This document shows positions 39,129 through 47,961 of a stretch of 64,000 nt of DNA, piece after piece. The DNA is from a bacterium (GTDB lineage: Bacteria; J088; JAWLBW01). The notes under the pieces are model-generated. The model had not been told where the DNA came from. It saw only the letters and a list, made by a program, of their open reading frames with translations, and ran no database searches. The translations under genes were made by a program, and so were the position numbers. The stretch spans positions 1-64,000 of the forward strand of contig JAWLHK010000024.1 of the NCBI GenBank assembly GCA_041690355.1. Reading direction: 5' to 3'. Numbering within the stretch: the stretch's first letter is position 1; every line of letters starts with the position of its first letter.

Positions 39129-39236
39129 CAAGCGCCAAGCGCTGAGCACCAAGCGCTGAGCACCAAACCGGAAGGACCTTCGGCGCAAGGTACTGTCCTG
39201 CAGAATCGTCAATCGTTAATCGTCATTCGTCAATTG
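39129..39236. repeat. Two period-7 arrays between convergent genes
   Basis: CAAGCGC x2 TGAGCAC CAAGCGC TGAGCAC (39129-39163); AATCGTC AATCGTT AATCGTC ATTCGTC (39204-39231). Confidence 0.9.
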
Positions 39237-39246
39237 CTCCGACTCG

Positions 39247-39846
39247 TCACTTCCTCCGAAAAACCCCTTCCCACTCGAGCCCTTCGCGTCCCGGGAGGCT
39301 GTGCCGCGAAGGTTCGAAGCGGAGAAGCTCGAAGTCGGCGGCGAACAGGGATCGGATGTCGTCGGGTACGCTGTCGTAGGGCGGTCCTCCGGGCGGCAGG
39401 CCCACGAAGAAGACACCGATGAACACGCCGCCCGGTTTCAACCATTGCGCGCACTGCCGGACGTAATCTGCGCGACGGGCCGGATCGATGGCGCAGAAGC
39501 AGGTCAGCTCGACCCAGGCATCGAAGCTCGCATGCCACTCGGGGCGCTCGGCAAAGAGATCTCCGACGACCCATTCTGCCTCGACCCCTTTCTGCGAGGC
39601 GAGCGCGCGAGCCGCCTCGATCGCCTCGGGAGCGAAGTCGAGCCCGGTGACCGCAAGCCCCTTGCCGGCCAGCGCACAGACGTCGTGGCCGCGCCCGCAT
39701 CCCGGCACGAGCACCCGCGCGCCGCGCGGAACGTATTCGTCGGTGAGCCGCTGCAGATTGGGCGAGGGCTGGCCGAGATCCCATCCCGTGCGCCCCTCGC
39801 GATACCGTTCTCCCCAGAATTCGGGGCGATCCACTTCGTTCGACAT
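39247..39846 (-). CDS. TPMT-family class I SAM methyltransferase
   Basis: W..RY..GRTGWDLG, VLVPGCGRGHD, E.TCFCAI.P..R, GGPP. Confidence 0.92.
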   Translation of the reverse strand: MSNEVDRPEFWGERYREGRTGWDLGQPSPNLQRLTDEYVPRGARVLVPGCGRGHDVCALAGKGLAVTGLDFAPEAIEAARALASQKGVEAEWVVGDLFAERPEWHASFDAWVELTCFCAIDPARRADYVRQCAQWLKPGGVFIGVFFVGLPPGGPPYDSVPDDIRSLFAADFELLRFEPSRHSLPGREGLEWEGVFRRK

Positions 39847-39995
39847 GAGTTTTCTGTTTCAGTGTGGAGTTTTCAAGTGTTCAGTCACTTCGCTTGCCGT
39901 CAATTGTAAAGGGTTCGAATGACGGATGCCGTGGGTCCGGGCCAAATCGTTTTCCGGACTCGTCACTCGTAACTTCCACTGCTACCCTGTAGGCC

Positions 39996-42488
39996 ATGCA
40001 TGCTTCATGGTCCATCGCTCTCCTGGCGTCCGGCCTGCTGGGTGCCCTTGCGCTCGCCGCCGACGTCCACGCCGATCCCCTGAACGCCGCCCCGCGTGCG
40101 CACCTGGACGCCTCGGGGTGGAAACGCGTGCGCGGCGCCATCACCGCCGAACAGGATGCCGTGCCCCGGCTGGCCGTCGACGGCGACCCCGAGACCGCGT
40201 GGAGACCGGATCCGGAGGCCGTCGACGAGGCGTGGATAACCTTCGATTTCACGCGTCCGTGGACGGCCCGCCCAACGTGGACCCGACTCTCGACCCGCTG
40301 GAACAAGGCCCCCACGTGGTTCCGCTGGGAAGTCTCCGACGACGGCGCGAACTGGTTCGCGATCGCCACCCGCCACCCGCAGGGGATCAGCGAGACCACC
40401 GAGGCCGAGGTGCGCGGCCCCTTTCTGCGCCTGGTCGTCCCCAGCGAGGCGGGGGTGGGGCTCGCCGAGGTCACCCTCCACGCCGCGCCGAGGAGGGGCA
40501 GAACCCTCGCCCCCCCGACGGTCGCGCCCACGGACAACCGGGTGCGCCTCGCCTGGTCGGCAGAAGGACTGCACGATCTTCTGGAGTTCCGCATCTGGCG
40601 CGAGTGGGCCGCGGCCGGCGGCGGAATGCCGCGCTCCGTCCTGCTCGGCGCCGCGCCGGTGACGGTCTGGACCGACGTCGTCGAATTTCCACCCGAGGCC
40701 GACACACGGTTCCGCTGGCGCGTCGAGGCGCTCGGCTTCGACGGTAGCGTTCTAGCCGAAGCGACGACCGGATTCCATTCCTTCGCAGCGCGAAGCCCGG
40801 CCCCGTTCGCCCTCCGCGGCGTCGTCGAAGGCTATTACGGCCCACGCTATCCCGACGCCGCGCGCGAAGACTTCGTGCGCTTCGTGGGAAACCAGGGGGG
40901 CAACTTCTATCTCTACGCACCGAAGCTCGACCCGTATCACCGTGCGGAGTGGCGCACGCCGTATCCCCCCGAACGGCTCGCGCATTTCGCGCAGCTCACG
41001 ACGCTCGGCCGCGAACACGGCGTCGATTTCGCATGGTCGCTGTCGCCGGGGGTCGATTACGATCCGGCCTCCAACGCCGATCGCGCCGCCGTCCTCGCCA
41101 AGTTCCGCGCCATGCAGCAGGCGACGGGGATGCGCTGGTTCGGCCTGCTCATGGACGACATCTCCGTCGCCATCGACGCCACGACGGCCACGCAGCAGGC
41201 CGCGCTCGCGAACGACGTGCTGGCCGCGCTGCGTGAAAACGATCTCGAAGCGCGCCTTCTCTTCGTGCCCACGGTCTATCACGGGCAGCCCGACGGGTTC
41301 TCGGTTTCGAAGCGGCAATATCTCGGCGCGCTGTCGACGCTCGACGCCTCGATCCCCGTCGTGTGGACGGGGCCGGGAATCTTCTCCGAATCCATTGCGC
41401 GGGCCGACGTGGCGCCCGCCGCCGCGCTCGTGGGGCGGCCGCTTCTGCTCTGGGATAACTTTCCGGCGAACGACCTCATCTACACGCGGCGGCTCTTTCT
41501 TAATCCGCTCACGGGCCGCGACGCCGATCTGGCCGATCCCGCGGTCGTCTCGGGCCTGCTCGCGAATCCGATGTGGGCGCCGGCGGCCAATCGCCTTCCG
41601 GTCGGTTCGGTGCTGCGCTGGCTTCGCGATCCCGAGGCCTATGCCGAATCCACGGCCGGTTCCGCGACCGTGCCTCCCGAGTGGACGGCTGACGGGCTGC
41701 CGCCCGAGATGCGCGAATGGGTGCGCCTGTTCGACGTGCGCGCCCTGCCCGAAGCGGTGACGACGGCCGCCGAAGCAATTCCCCTCGCGGCGCTCGAAGC
41801 CTGGCGCGACGGCCACTGGCCCGCGCCCGACCTGCTCGAGCAGGCGGCGCTTCTCTACGTCGCGCCCACGCTGCTGCGGCGCATCCCGCGGGCCGACCTG
41901 GCGGCGGAGCTCCACCCCTTCGCGCACAAAGGGTCACTGCTCGGCGAGGCGCTGCTCGCCGCCTGGGTGGAACTGGAACACAGCGCCCGCTCGGGCGGCG
42001 GCGATGTGGCATCCGCCGCGGCTCCCCTGGTCGCCGCGGCCCGGGCCCACGAGTGGGTCCTCAACGAAGGGGGTATCGAAACGGTGCTCGACTTCGTGCT
42101 CGCAAACCCGCCCGCCCTTGCGCCGCAGGGACCGGCGGTCTCGGCCACGGTTCCGCAGCTCGCATCGGCCGGCGACGCGGTCGATCTCGTGTTCACCGGC
42201 GGCCGCAAGGTCCGCCTGTTCGGCCTGCCGGGCGCTGAAGGGGACCCTGCGACCGGCCGGTTCCGGTGGACCCCCGACCGCCCGGGCGCCGAGCGCTGGG
42301 TCGCCGTCGTCGACGGGGATACCGGGACGACGGTGCGCTACGGCCTCATCCGCGTCGCCGGGCCGTCTTCTGCCGGCGCCGGGTGCGCCTGCGAGTCGAG
42401 CCCTCCCGGAGACGGCGCCGCGGTCGCCCTGCTCATGGCGCTGATGCTCGCGCGGCGTCGCCCGGCGCGGCGTTTTCGCGCCGGATGA
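39996..42488 (+). CDS. GH84 beta-N-acetylglucosaminidase with N-terminal F5/8-type-C-like domain and MYXO-CTERM-like tail
   Basis: RGVVEGYYG, YLYAPK.DPYHR..W, FGLLMDDI (catalytic DD), WDNFPAND; C-terminal GCAC + TM + RRR. Confidence 0.88.
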   Translation: MHASWSIALLASGLLGALALAADVHADPLNAAPRAHLDASGWKRVRGAITAEQDAVPRLAVDGDPETAWRPDPEAVDEAWITFDFTRPWTARPTWTRLSTRWNKAPTWFRWEVSDDGANWFAIATRHPQGISETTEAEVRGPFLRLVVPSEAGVGLAEVTLHAAPRRGRTLAPPTVAPTDNRVRLAWSAEGLHDLLEFRIWREWAAAGGGMPRSVLLGAAPVTVWTDVVEFPPEADTRFRWRVEALGFDGSVLAEATTGFHSFAARSPAPFALRGVVEGYYGPRYPDAAREDFVRFVGNQGGNFYLYAPKLDPYHRAEWRTPYPPERLAHFAQLTTLGREHGVDFAWSLSPGVDYDPASNADRAAVLAKFRAMQQATGMRWFGLLMDDISVAIDATTATQQAALANDVLAALRENDLEARLLFVPTVYHGQPDGFSVSKRQYLGALSTLDASIPVVWTGPGIFSESIARADVAPAAALVGRPLLLWDNFPANDLIYTRRLFLNPLTGRDADLADPAVVSGLLANPMWAPAANRLPVGSVLRWLRDPEAYAESTAGSATVPPEWTADGLPPEMREWVRLFDVRALPEAVTTAAEAIPLAALEAWRDGHWPAPDLLEQAALLYVAPTLLRRIPRADLAAELHPFAHKGSLLGEALLAAWVELEHSARSGGGDVASAAAPLVAAARAHEWVLNEGGIETVLDFVLANPPALAPQGPAVSATVPQLASAGDAVDLVFTGGRKVRLFGLPGAEGDPATGRFRWTPDRPGAERWVAVVDGDTGTTVRYGLIRVAGPSSAGAGCACESSPPGDGAAVALLMALMLARRRPARRFRAG

Positions 42489-43962
42489 CGCCGGTCTCGA
42501 GCGGGCGGTACAGCGCCCCGTCGGGCCCGACCCGTACCCCGGTCTCGGGAAAGTCGTGCGCCGACAGCCAGCGGATGAGATCGGCGGCGGTCCCCTCGGG
42601 ATCCGGCTCGGGAATCCCGCGGCCGGTCTGACGCGTCGAGCGGATCCTGCCGCGGACAAAGCGCCCTTTACGGTCGACATCCAGCGCCAGAACCAGGCCG
42701 GTACCATTGAAACCCGTGAGGTTGAAGGCGCCGTAAGTGGCGAAGTTCCCCAGCGAGTAGGCGATCAGCCTGCGCTTGTAGATCTCCATGGCGCGCGGCA
42801 CGTGCGGGCCGTGCCCGAGCACGACATCGGCGCCCACGTCGATCATCCGACGGGCGAACTGCATGACGTCGCCGCGCGACTCGCCGTAGAATACCTCAGG
42901 TTTCTTCGGCACGTGCAGGGCCTCGAACCCTTCGGCGCCGCCGTGAAAGGAGACGATCATGACGTCGACGTCGTTCGCGACTTCGCCCACGAGCAGCGCC
43001 GCCTGGTCGAGGCGCAGACTGTTGTTCGTGATTTCAGACGAGTGAAAGGCCACCATGCCGATGATCAGGTTCCGCTTCCGGTAGAACGTCCAGGTGCCGG
43101 GGGCGCCCGACCACCGCACGCCCGAGCGCGACAGGTGCTGCTCGGTCTGCGCCCGGCAGAACTCGCCGAAATCGTGGCTGTGGTTGTTGGCGAGCGAGAC
43201 GAGATTCACGCCGGCTTCCTTCAGATGGCGCACGTACTCCGAGGGGGTACGAAAGGCAAAGCACTTCTGCCCCGGACGGCACTTCTGCGTCGATCCGCCG
43301 TCGCAGAGCGGGCCCTCGAGGTTGGCGAAAATGACGTCTCCATCCTTCAGCAGCTCAGCCACGCGACCGAGGGGTCCCCCGGCAGAGCCCGTGGGGAGCA
43401 TCGGGTACGGGTAGTCGGTGCCCATCATGACATCGCCGACCGCCAGAATCCTCAGGTAGCGACCATCGGGCACCGTCAGAGCCGATACGCGCGCCGCCGC
43501 TTTCGCTTTCTCCATGGCCTCGACGATGGCGAGGTACTCATCGGCCTTCTTCAAGACCTCTTCCAGATCGGGGCGCGTTGGCGCAAGCTCCTGTACGCGC
43601 GTCCAGTTCGCTCTGGCTTCGCGAAAGCGACGGAGCATGAAGTTGGCCCACCCCAGCTCCCACCGGCAGTCGACGGCGAGCTGCGGGGCGTCGGCACAGA
43701 TGGCCAGGAGCCTGGCGGCTTCGTCGAAATCTTTCTCCTTCAGCGCGCGCAGCCCGCGGGTCCAGGCCTCGGCCGGGTCAGGCAACGCCTCCGGCGTCTC
43801 CCGGGCGGGACTCGGCGCAGACACGGCGGCCGGAGGCACGGGGGCCGGTCGATGTGGCGGCACGGGTGCGGCTACCTTGGCGGGCTCACGCACGGGGGCG
43901 CCTGCACAGGCCGCCAGGATCGCACCGGCGAGGAGCATGGCCATCGCGTTGACTTTGCGCAT
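42433..43962 (-). CDS. CapA-family metallophosphoesterase lipoprotein with TPR
   Basis: Lipobox LAAC; GDVMMG, NLEGPL, LANNH..DFG, SFHGG.E, GHGPHV, YSLGNF. Confidence 0.9.
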   Translation of the reverse strand: MRKVNAMAMLLAGAILAACAGAPVREPAKVAAPVPPHRPAPVPPAAVSAPSPARETPEALPDPAEAWTRGLRALKEKDFDEAARLLAICADAPQLAVDCRWELGWANFMLRRFREARANWTRVQELAPTRPDLEEVLKKADEYLAIVEAMEKAKAAARVSALTVPDGRYLRILAVGDVMMGTDYPYPMLPTGSAGGPLGRVAELLKDGDVIFANLEGPLCDGGSTQKCRPGQKCFAFRTPSEYVRHLKEAGVNLVSLANNHSHDFGEFCRAQTEQHLSRSGVRWSGAPGTWTFYRKRNLIIGMVAFHSSEITNNSLRLDQAALLVGEVANDVDVMIVSFHGGAEGFEALHVPKKPEVFYGESRGDVMQFARRMIDVGADVVLGHGPHVPRAMEIYKRRLIAYSLGNFATYGAFNLTGFNGTGLVLALDVDRKGRFVRGRIRSTRQTGRGIPEPDPEGTAADLIRWLSAHDFPETGVRVGPDGALYRPLETGVIRRENAAPGDAARASAP

Positions 43963-44100
43963 CGAAAAAGCTTACCGAAAACCAGGCCATAAGGCGAAAC
44001 GTCCCCGGTCGACCCAGCCGCCGCCCCACGCGAAGAACGGGCTCGCCAACTGGAAAAATTCCCCCGCTTCGGATAGAGTATAGGATTACCGGCAAGTTCC

Positions 44101-44174
44101 GGCGGCGTAGCCAAGTGGCCAGGCAGAGGTCTGCAAAACCTTGTACCCCAGTTCGAATCTGGGCGCCGCCTCCA
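44101..44174 (+). tRNA. tRNA-Cys (GCA)
   Basis: Acceptor stem GGCGGCG/CGCCGCC, anticodon loop CTGCAAA, GTTCGAATC T-loop, U73 discriminator, encoded CCA. Confidence 0.97.
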
Positions 44175-44180
44175 ATGTCG

Positions 44181-44218
44181 AAGGCCGAAATCCACACGGG
44201 TTTCGGCCTTTTCTTTTT
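44181..44218 (+). terminator. Intrinsic terminator after tRNA-Cys
   Basis: Perfect 10-bp stem AAGGCCGAAA/TTTCGGCCTT followed by T-rich tract. Confidence 0.85.
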
Positions 44219-44323
44219 CCTCCTTCTCCGCTGTTCATCGGAGTGCCCCGGGGCCCGGTGCGCGACCGGTCGTTGTGTCTTGCTGTCCGTCGTTGGCCCA
44301 TCCTGACCGTGAGGAGGGTTCGA

Positions 44324-45922
44324 ATGGCCGACGACACGCCGCTCTGGAGTTCGCTCTCGGGAAAACCCCGCAGCTATCCACGCCTCGAAGGAGACGTCCA
44401 CGTCGACGTGGCGGTGGTCGGGGCCGGCGTGGCCGGCATCATGACCGCCTGGTATCTCAAGCAGGCGGGTGCCCGGGTGGCGCTGGTCGAACGCAACCAT
44501 CTCGTCGCGGGCGAGACGCATCATACGACGGCGCACCTGACCGGGCTCCCCGACGCCGAGTTCTCGCGCCTGCGCCGGGCCTTGGGGAGCACGAAGGCAC
44601 GCGGCGTCTGGGACAGCGAGATGGCCGCCATCGATCTCCTGGAGCACGCCGTCAGGAGGAACAACATCGACTGCGGCTTCGAGCGCGTGCCCGCCGTGAA
44701 GTATGCCCCGACGCACAAGGACGTGCGCAGCCTCGAGCGCGAGATGCGGGCCATGCGCAAGCTCGGCATCGACCTCGAAGAAACGACCGACGTCCCGCTC
44801 CCCCACGCGGCCGCCTTTCGCATTCAGGGGCAGGCGAAGATCAACCCGGTGCGCTTTCTGCGCAGCATCGCCGCCATGATCCCGGGCGACGGGTCGCACG
44901 TCTTCGAACACTCGCCCGTCCACCACGCCGTCAACGGAGTCGTTCGCACGCACGACGGATTCGTGCGTTCAGAGGCCATCGTACTGGCGACCCACTACCC
45001 CTTCGGCGATCTGCGCATCGTGCCGAAACTGCACCCGAGCCTGACGTACGCCATCGCCGTCACCGGTCGTCACCGGCTGCGCAACGAGCTCTATTTCGAC
45101 AACCTCGACCCCTATCACTACATCCGGCTGCACGACCGGTACGTGATCATCGGCGGCGAGGATCACCCGATCGGGACCCCGGCCGCCGGCGAAGAGCACT
45201 GGGCGCGCCTCGTCGAGTTCACGCGGCAGACGGTCATGGAGAACCCCGTCGTTCGCCACCAGTGGTGCGGCGAGGTGCTCGAGACCCTCGACAGCCTCCC
45301 CTACGTCGGGCACCACTCTTCGGCGTCGTCGCGCTATATCGCGACCGGCTTCGCGGGCACCGGAATTACCTGGGGAACGCTGGCCGCGCGCATCAACGCC
45401 GATCTGATTCTCGGCCGCCCGAACGCATTCGCAGACCTCTTCGACCCCGACCGCATCGGGCGGCTGCGCGGCATCCGGCGAGCCGTGCGCTACAACGTCT
45501 CGGTCGCCCATCAACTCGTGCGCGGCTGGAGCCAACCGAAGTCCGACGAGCACATCGATGCGCTTCGCCCGGGCGAAGGAGTCGTCGTGCATCACGGTCT
45601 ACATCCGGTCGCCGTCTCGGTAGACGAGAACGGCGAGGTGCGCGCCGTGTCTGCGGTCTGCACCCACCTGGGCTGCATCGTCGCTTGGAATCCGGCCGCG
45701 AAAACCTGGGACTGCCCTTGCCACGGATCCCGTTACGAGGCCGACGGCGAAGTGCACACCGGGCCCGCCACCCGGCGGCTCGAGCCGGTAGACCTGGATG
45801 AGCTGGGCCCCGACACGCGCCCCCGGGTGCATCTCAAGGAAACCGATCTTCCCGGCGACGACACGCACCCCCCGAAGCAGCCGGGACATCGACCGGCCGC
45901 AAACAAACCTCCGGAGGAGTAA
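44324..45922 (+). CDS. FAD-dependent oxidoreductase with C-terminal Rieske domain (YhfW-like)
   Basis: VVGAGVAG, G.T.HTTAH, ATHYP, D.LPYVG, canonical CTHLGC...DCPCHGS. Confidence 0.92.
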   Translation: MADDTPLWSSLSGKPRSYPRLEGDVHVDVAVVGAGVAGIMTAWYLKQAGARVALVERNHLVAGETHHTTAHLTGLPDAEFSRLRRALGSTKARGVWDSEMAAIDLLEHAVRRNNIDCGFERVPAVKYAPTHKDVRSLEREMRAMRKLGIDLEETTDVPLPHAAAFRIQGQAKINPVRFLRSIAAMIPGDGSHVFEHSPVHHAVNGVVRTHDGFVRSEAIVLATHYPFGDLRIVPKLHPSLTYAIAVTGRHRLRNELYFDNLDPYHYIRLHDRYVIIGGEDHPIGTPAAGEEHWARLVEFTRQTVMENPVVRHQWCGEVLETLDSLPYVGHHSSASSRYIATGFAGTGITWGTLAARINADLILGRPNAFADLFDPDRIGRLRGIRRAVRYNVSVAHQLVRGWSQPKSDEHIDALRPGEGVVVHHGLHPVAVSVDENGEVRAVSAVCTHLGCIVAWNPAAKTWDCPCHGSRYEADGEVHTGPATRRLEPVDLDELGPDTRPRVHLKETDLPGDDTHPPKQPGHRPAANKPPEE

Positions 45923-45925
45923 GCG

Positions 45926-46183
45926 ATGGCGACCCAACCGATTCCCGGAACCGAACGCGGCAAACGGCTGGCCGGCGGATTCGCCGTCGCCGGCGCCGTC
46001 GCCATCGTGCTCTCGTACTTCGTCCTCTTCGCGCCGTGGACGGCGGCGCCGCTGCTCGGACTTCTCCTGCGCGTGGCCGGCCTGCTGCTGCTCGGGTTCG
46101 CGGCATTCTACTTCTGGGCGGCCTGGCGGCAGTCCAATCAGGGGTCGGGGCGGCCGCCCGGCGGCGAGTACCGGGGCAAGTAA
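45926..46183 (+). CDS. Small 2-TM membrane protein
   Basis: Two hydrophobic segments; SD GGAGGAG; 3 bp after upstream stop. Confidence 0.6.
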   Translation: MATQPIPGTERGKRLAGGFAVAGAVAIVLSYFVLFAPWTAAPLLGLLLRVAGLLLLGFAAFYFWAAWRQSNQGSGRPPGGEYRGK

Positions 46184-46207
46184 GGCCGAGGGATCCCCCA
46201 CATCGGG

Positions 46208-46609
46208 TTACGGCACGCGGTACAGATAGGCCGCAATGTCGCGGGCCTCGGCCTCGGTGAGGCCGAGCGCCGGCATGGCCGTTCCCGGCGCGAACGCCTG
46301 CGGATTGCGCAGCCATCGGACCAGATTGGCCGGCGAATTGGCCAACTGGCCGCCGATGTACATCTGATGGCGGAAGTCGGTCAGCTGCGGGCCGACGCGC
46401 CCGCGCGCCTGTGCAATACCGGGAATGACATGACAGGCGCCGCAGCCGTACTTCACGATCGCATCCCTGCCCCGCCCCACGTCCCCTTCGAGCTCCCAGA
46501 CCGGCTCGGTCGGGTGCGTGCCGCCGCCCCGCAGCCACAGGTGCGCGCTGATGCCGATCAGGGCGACCAGAGCGCCGGCCAGGGTGACCAGGATAGCCCG
46601 CTGTTCCAC
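46208..46609 (-). CDS. Membrane-anchored class I cytochrome c
   Basis: CGACH, GP.L, distal Met PGTAMP. Confidence 0.9.
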   Translation of the reverse strand: MEQRAILVTLAGALVALIGISAHLWLRGGGTHPTEPVWELEGDVGRGRDAIVKYGCGACHVIPGIAQARGRVGPQLTDFRHQMYIGGQLANSPANLVRWLRNPQAFAPGTAMPALGLTEAEARDIAAYLYRVP

Positions 46610-47563
46610 TCAGCCCTCCTCTGCAGGGGAACGCCGCAACGCATCGGCCCGGTCGACCCGCGCGGCAAGGCGGCGCAGATGCGTCGCGAACAACGCCAGG
46701 GCCGCCCCCGCCAGCACGGCCCCCGCCGGCATCCACATGACCATGCCGGCGATCTGCTGATCTTCGAGCGGCGTCCACGTCGAGGCCGAAAGCCGTTGCC
46801 CGTAGGCGCGGTAGAGCGGGCGCGGCGCGAACGCGATCAGCATCCCCAGGGCCGAACCGTGCAGCGAGGTCAGAAAGAGCAGCAGCGCCCCTTCGCTCCC
46901 CGCCGGGCGCCGGCGAGAGACCGGGTCGAGTACGGCGTGCCAGAAGAGCAGCGCCGCCAACAGGAAGACGGCATGCTGCGCTTCGTGCACCCAGGTATTG
47001 AAGAGCGCCGCATCGTACAGGCGCGGGGCGTGCCAGAACCAGATCGCCGCGGCGTAGACGGCCCCGGCCGCCGCCGGATGTCCGGAGAGGGATCTCACCG
47101 TGCGCCATCCGGGACGCGTGAGCCAGCGGCGGGCCAGAAAGCGACGGGCCCGATGCGGCAGGCCCCCGAATATGACCGTGAAGGGGCGTCCGAGCGTCAG
47201 GAGGGGGGGCGCCAGCACGAGCAGCGCGAGGTGCTGCACCATGTGCACCCAGAACAGCGCGGCCCCGAGCCGGTGGATCGGCGAAAGCAGGGCGGCCGCC
47301 AGCAGAAGCCAGCCGGCGAGAAAGCCGGCAACGGCGCCAGGGCCGATGCCGTGGCCCGTGCCGGCGCGGCCCCACAGCCGCCGTACGCCCCACCCGTAGG
47401 CGAACAGCAGGACCAAGAGCAGCGCGACGGGCCAGGGCTCGTACGTCCACCCGTACGACGGCGCCGCGAGCTGGTTCGTATGCGCCGACGCAGACAAAGG
47501 CCATCCCCAGACGACGAGCCCGGAGACGGTGACGGCCGCGCGAGAAAAGGTTCGGCTCAGCAT
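46610..47563 (-). CDS. ctaG: Cytochrome c oxidase assembly factor (caa3-type CtaG)
   Basis: HMVQH, WFWHAP.LY, H..QH, EDQQIAG..MW.P. Confidence 0.9.
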   Translation of the reverse strand: MLSRTFSRAAVTVSGLVVWGWPLSASAHTNQLAAPSYGWTYEPWPVALLLVLLFAYGWGVRRLWGRAGTGHGIGPGAVAGFLAGWLLLAAALLSPIHRLGAALFWVHMVQHLALLVLAPPLLTLGRPFTVIFGGLPHRARRFLARRWLTRPGWRTVRSLSGHPAAAGAVYAAAIWFWHAPRLYDAALFNTWVHEAQHAVFLLAALLFWHAVLDPVSRRRPAGSEGALLLFLTSLHGSALGMLIAFAPRPLYRAYGQRLSASTWTPLEDQQIAGMVMWMPAGAVLAGAALALFATHLRRLAARVDRADALRRSPAEEG

Positions 47564-47961
47564 GCGCGAAGGTAGAAGAAAATGGGAATGCTCTGCACGA
47601 GGATGATCATCAGCCCGGCTGCATCCAGCATCACGCCGAGGCGCGCCGTGTCGTAGCCCGCCGCCGCCGCGATGCCCTCCTCGCGGACGGTCGCCAATTC
47701 GCGCCGGCAGCGGCGCGCGATCATGCCCGCTCCCGCCGCCAGACCGACGGTCGCAACGGTGAGCCCGAGAAGCGCGACCACGACGCCGTTGAGCGGACCG
47801 AGCGCCAAAGCAGGAAACCCCCGCTGACATCCCCACTCGGCGATGTACCAGGCGCCGGCAAGATGGAGCAGCCACGCAACCATCCCGCCGAGCAGGCCGG
47901 CGGCAAGGCGCAGGCGCGACACGCCGTCACCCCCGTGCAGCACGGTACCCTCCTCAGACAT
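47557..47961 (-). CDS. 3-TM membrane protein of oxidase operon
   Basis: Three hydrophobic segments, W.LH and two Cys; overlaps both neighbours. Confidence 0.75.
   Translation of the reverse strand: MSEEGTVLHGGDGVSRLRLAAGLLGGMVAWLLHLAGAWYIAEWGCQRGFPALALGPLNGVVVALLGLTVATVGLAAGAGMIARRCRRELATVREEGIAAAAGYDTARLGVMLDAAGLMIILVQSIPIFFYLRAC

Noticed and set aside
44155-44174. tRNA-Cys 3' end as att site of a prophage or ICE
   Set aside because: No second copy and no integrase seen in the window
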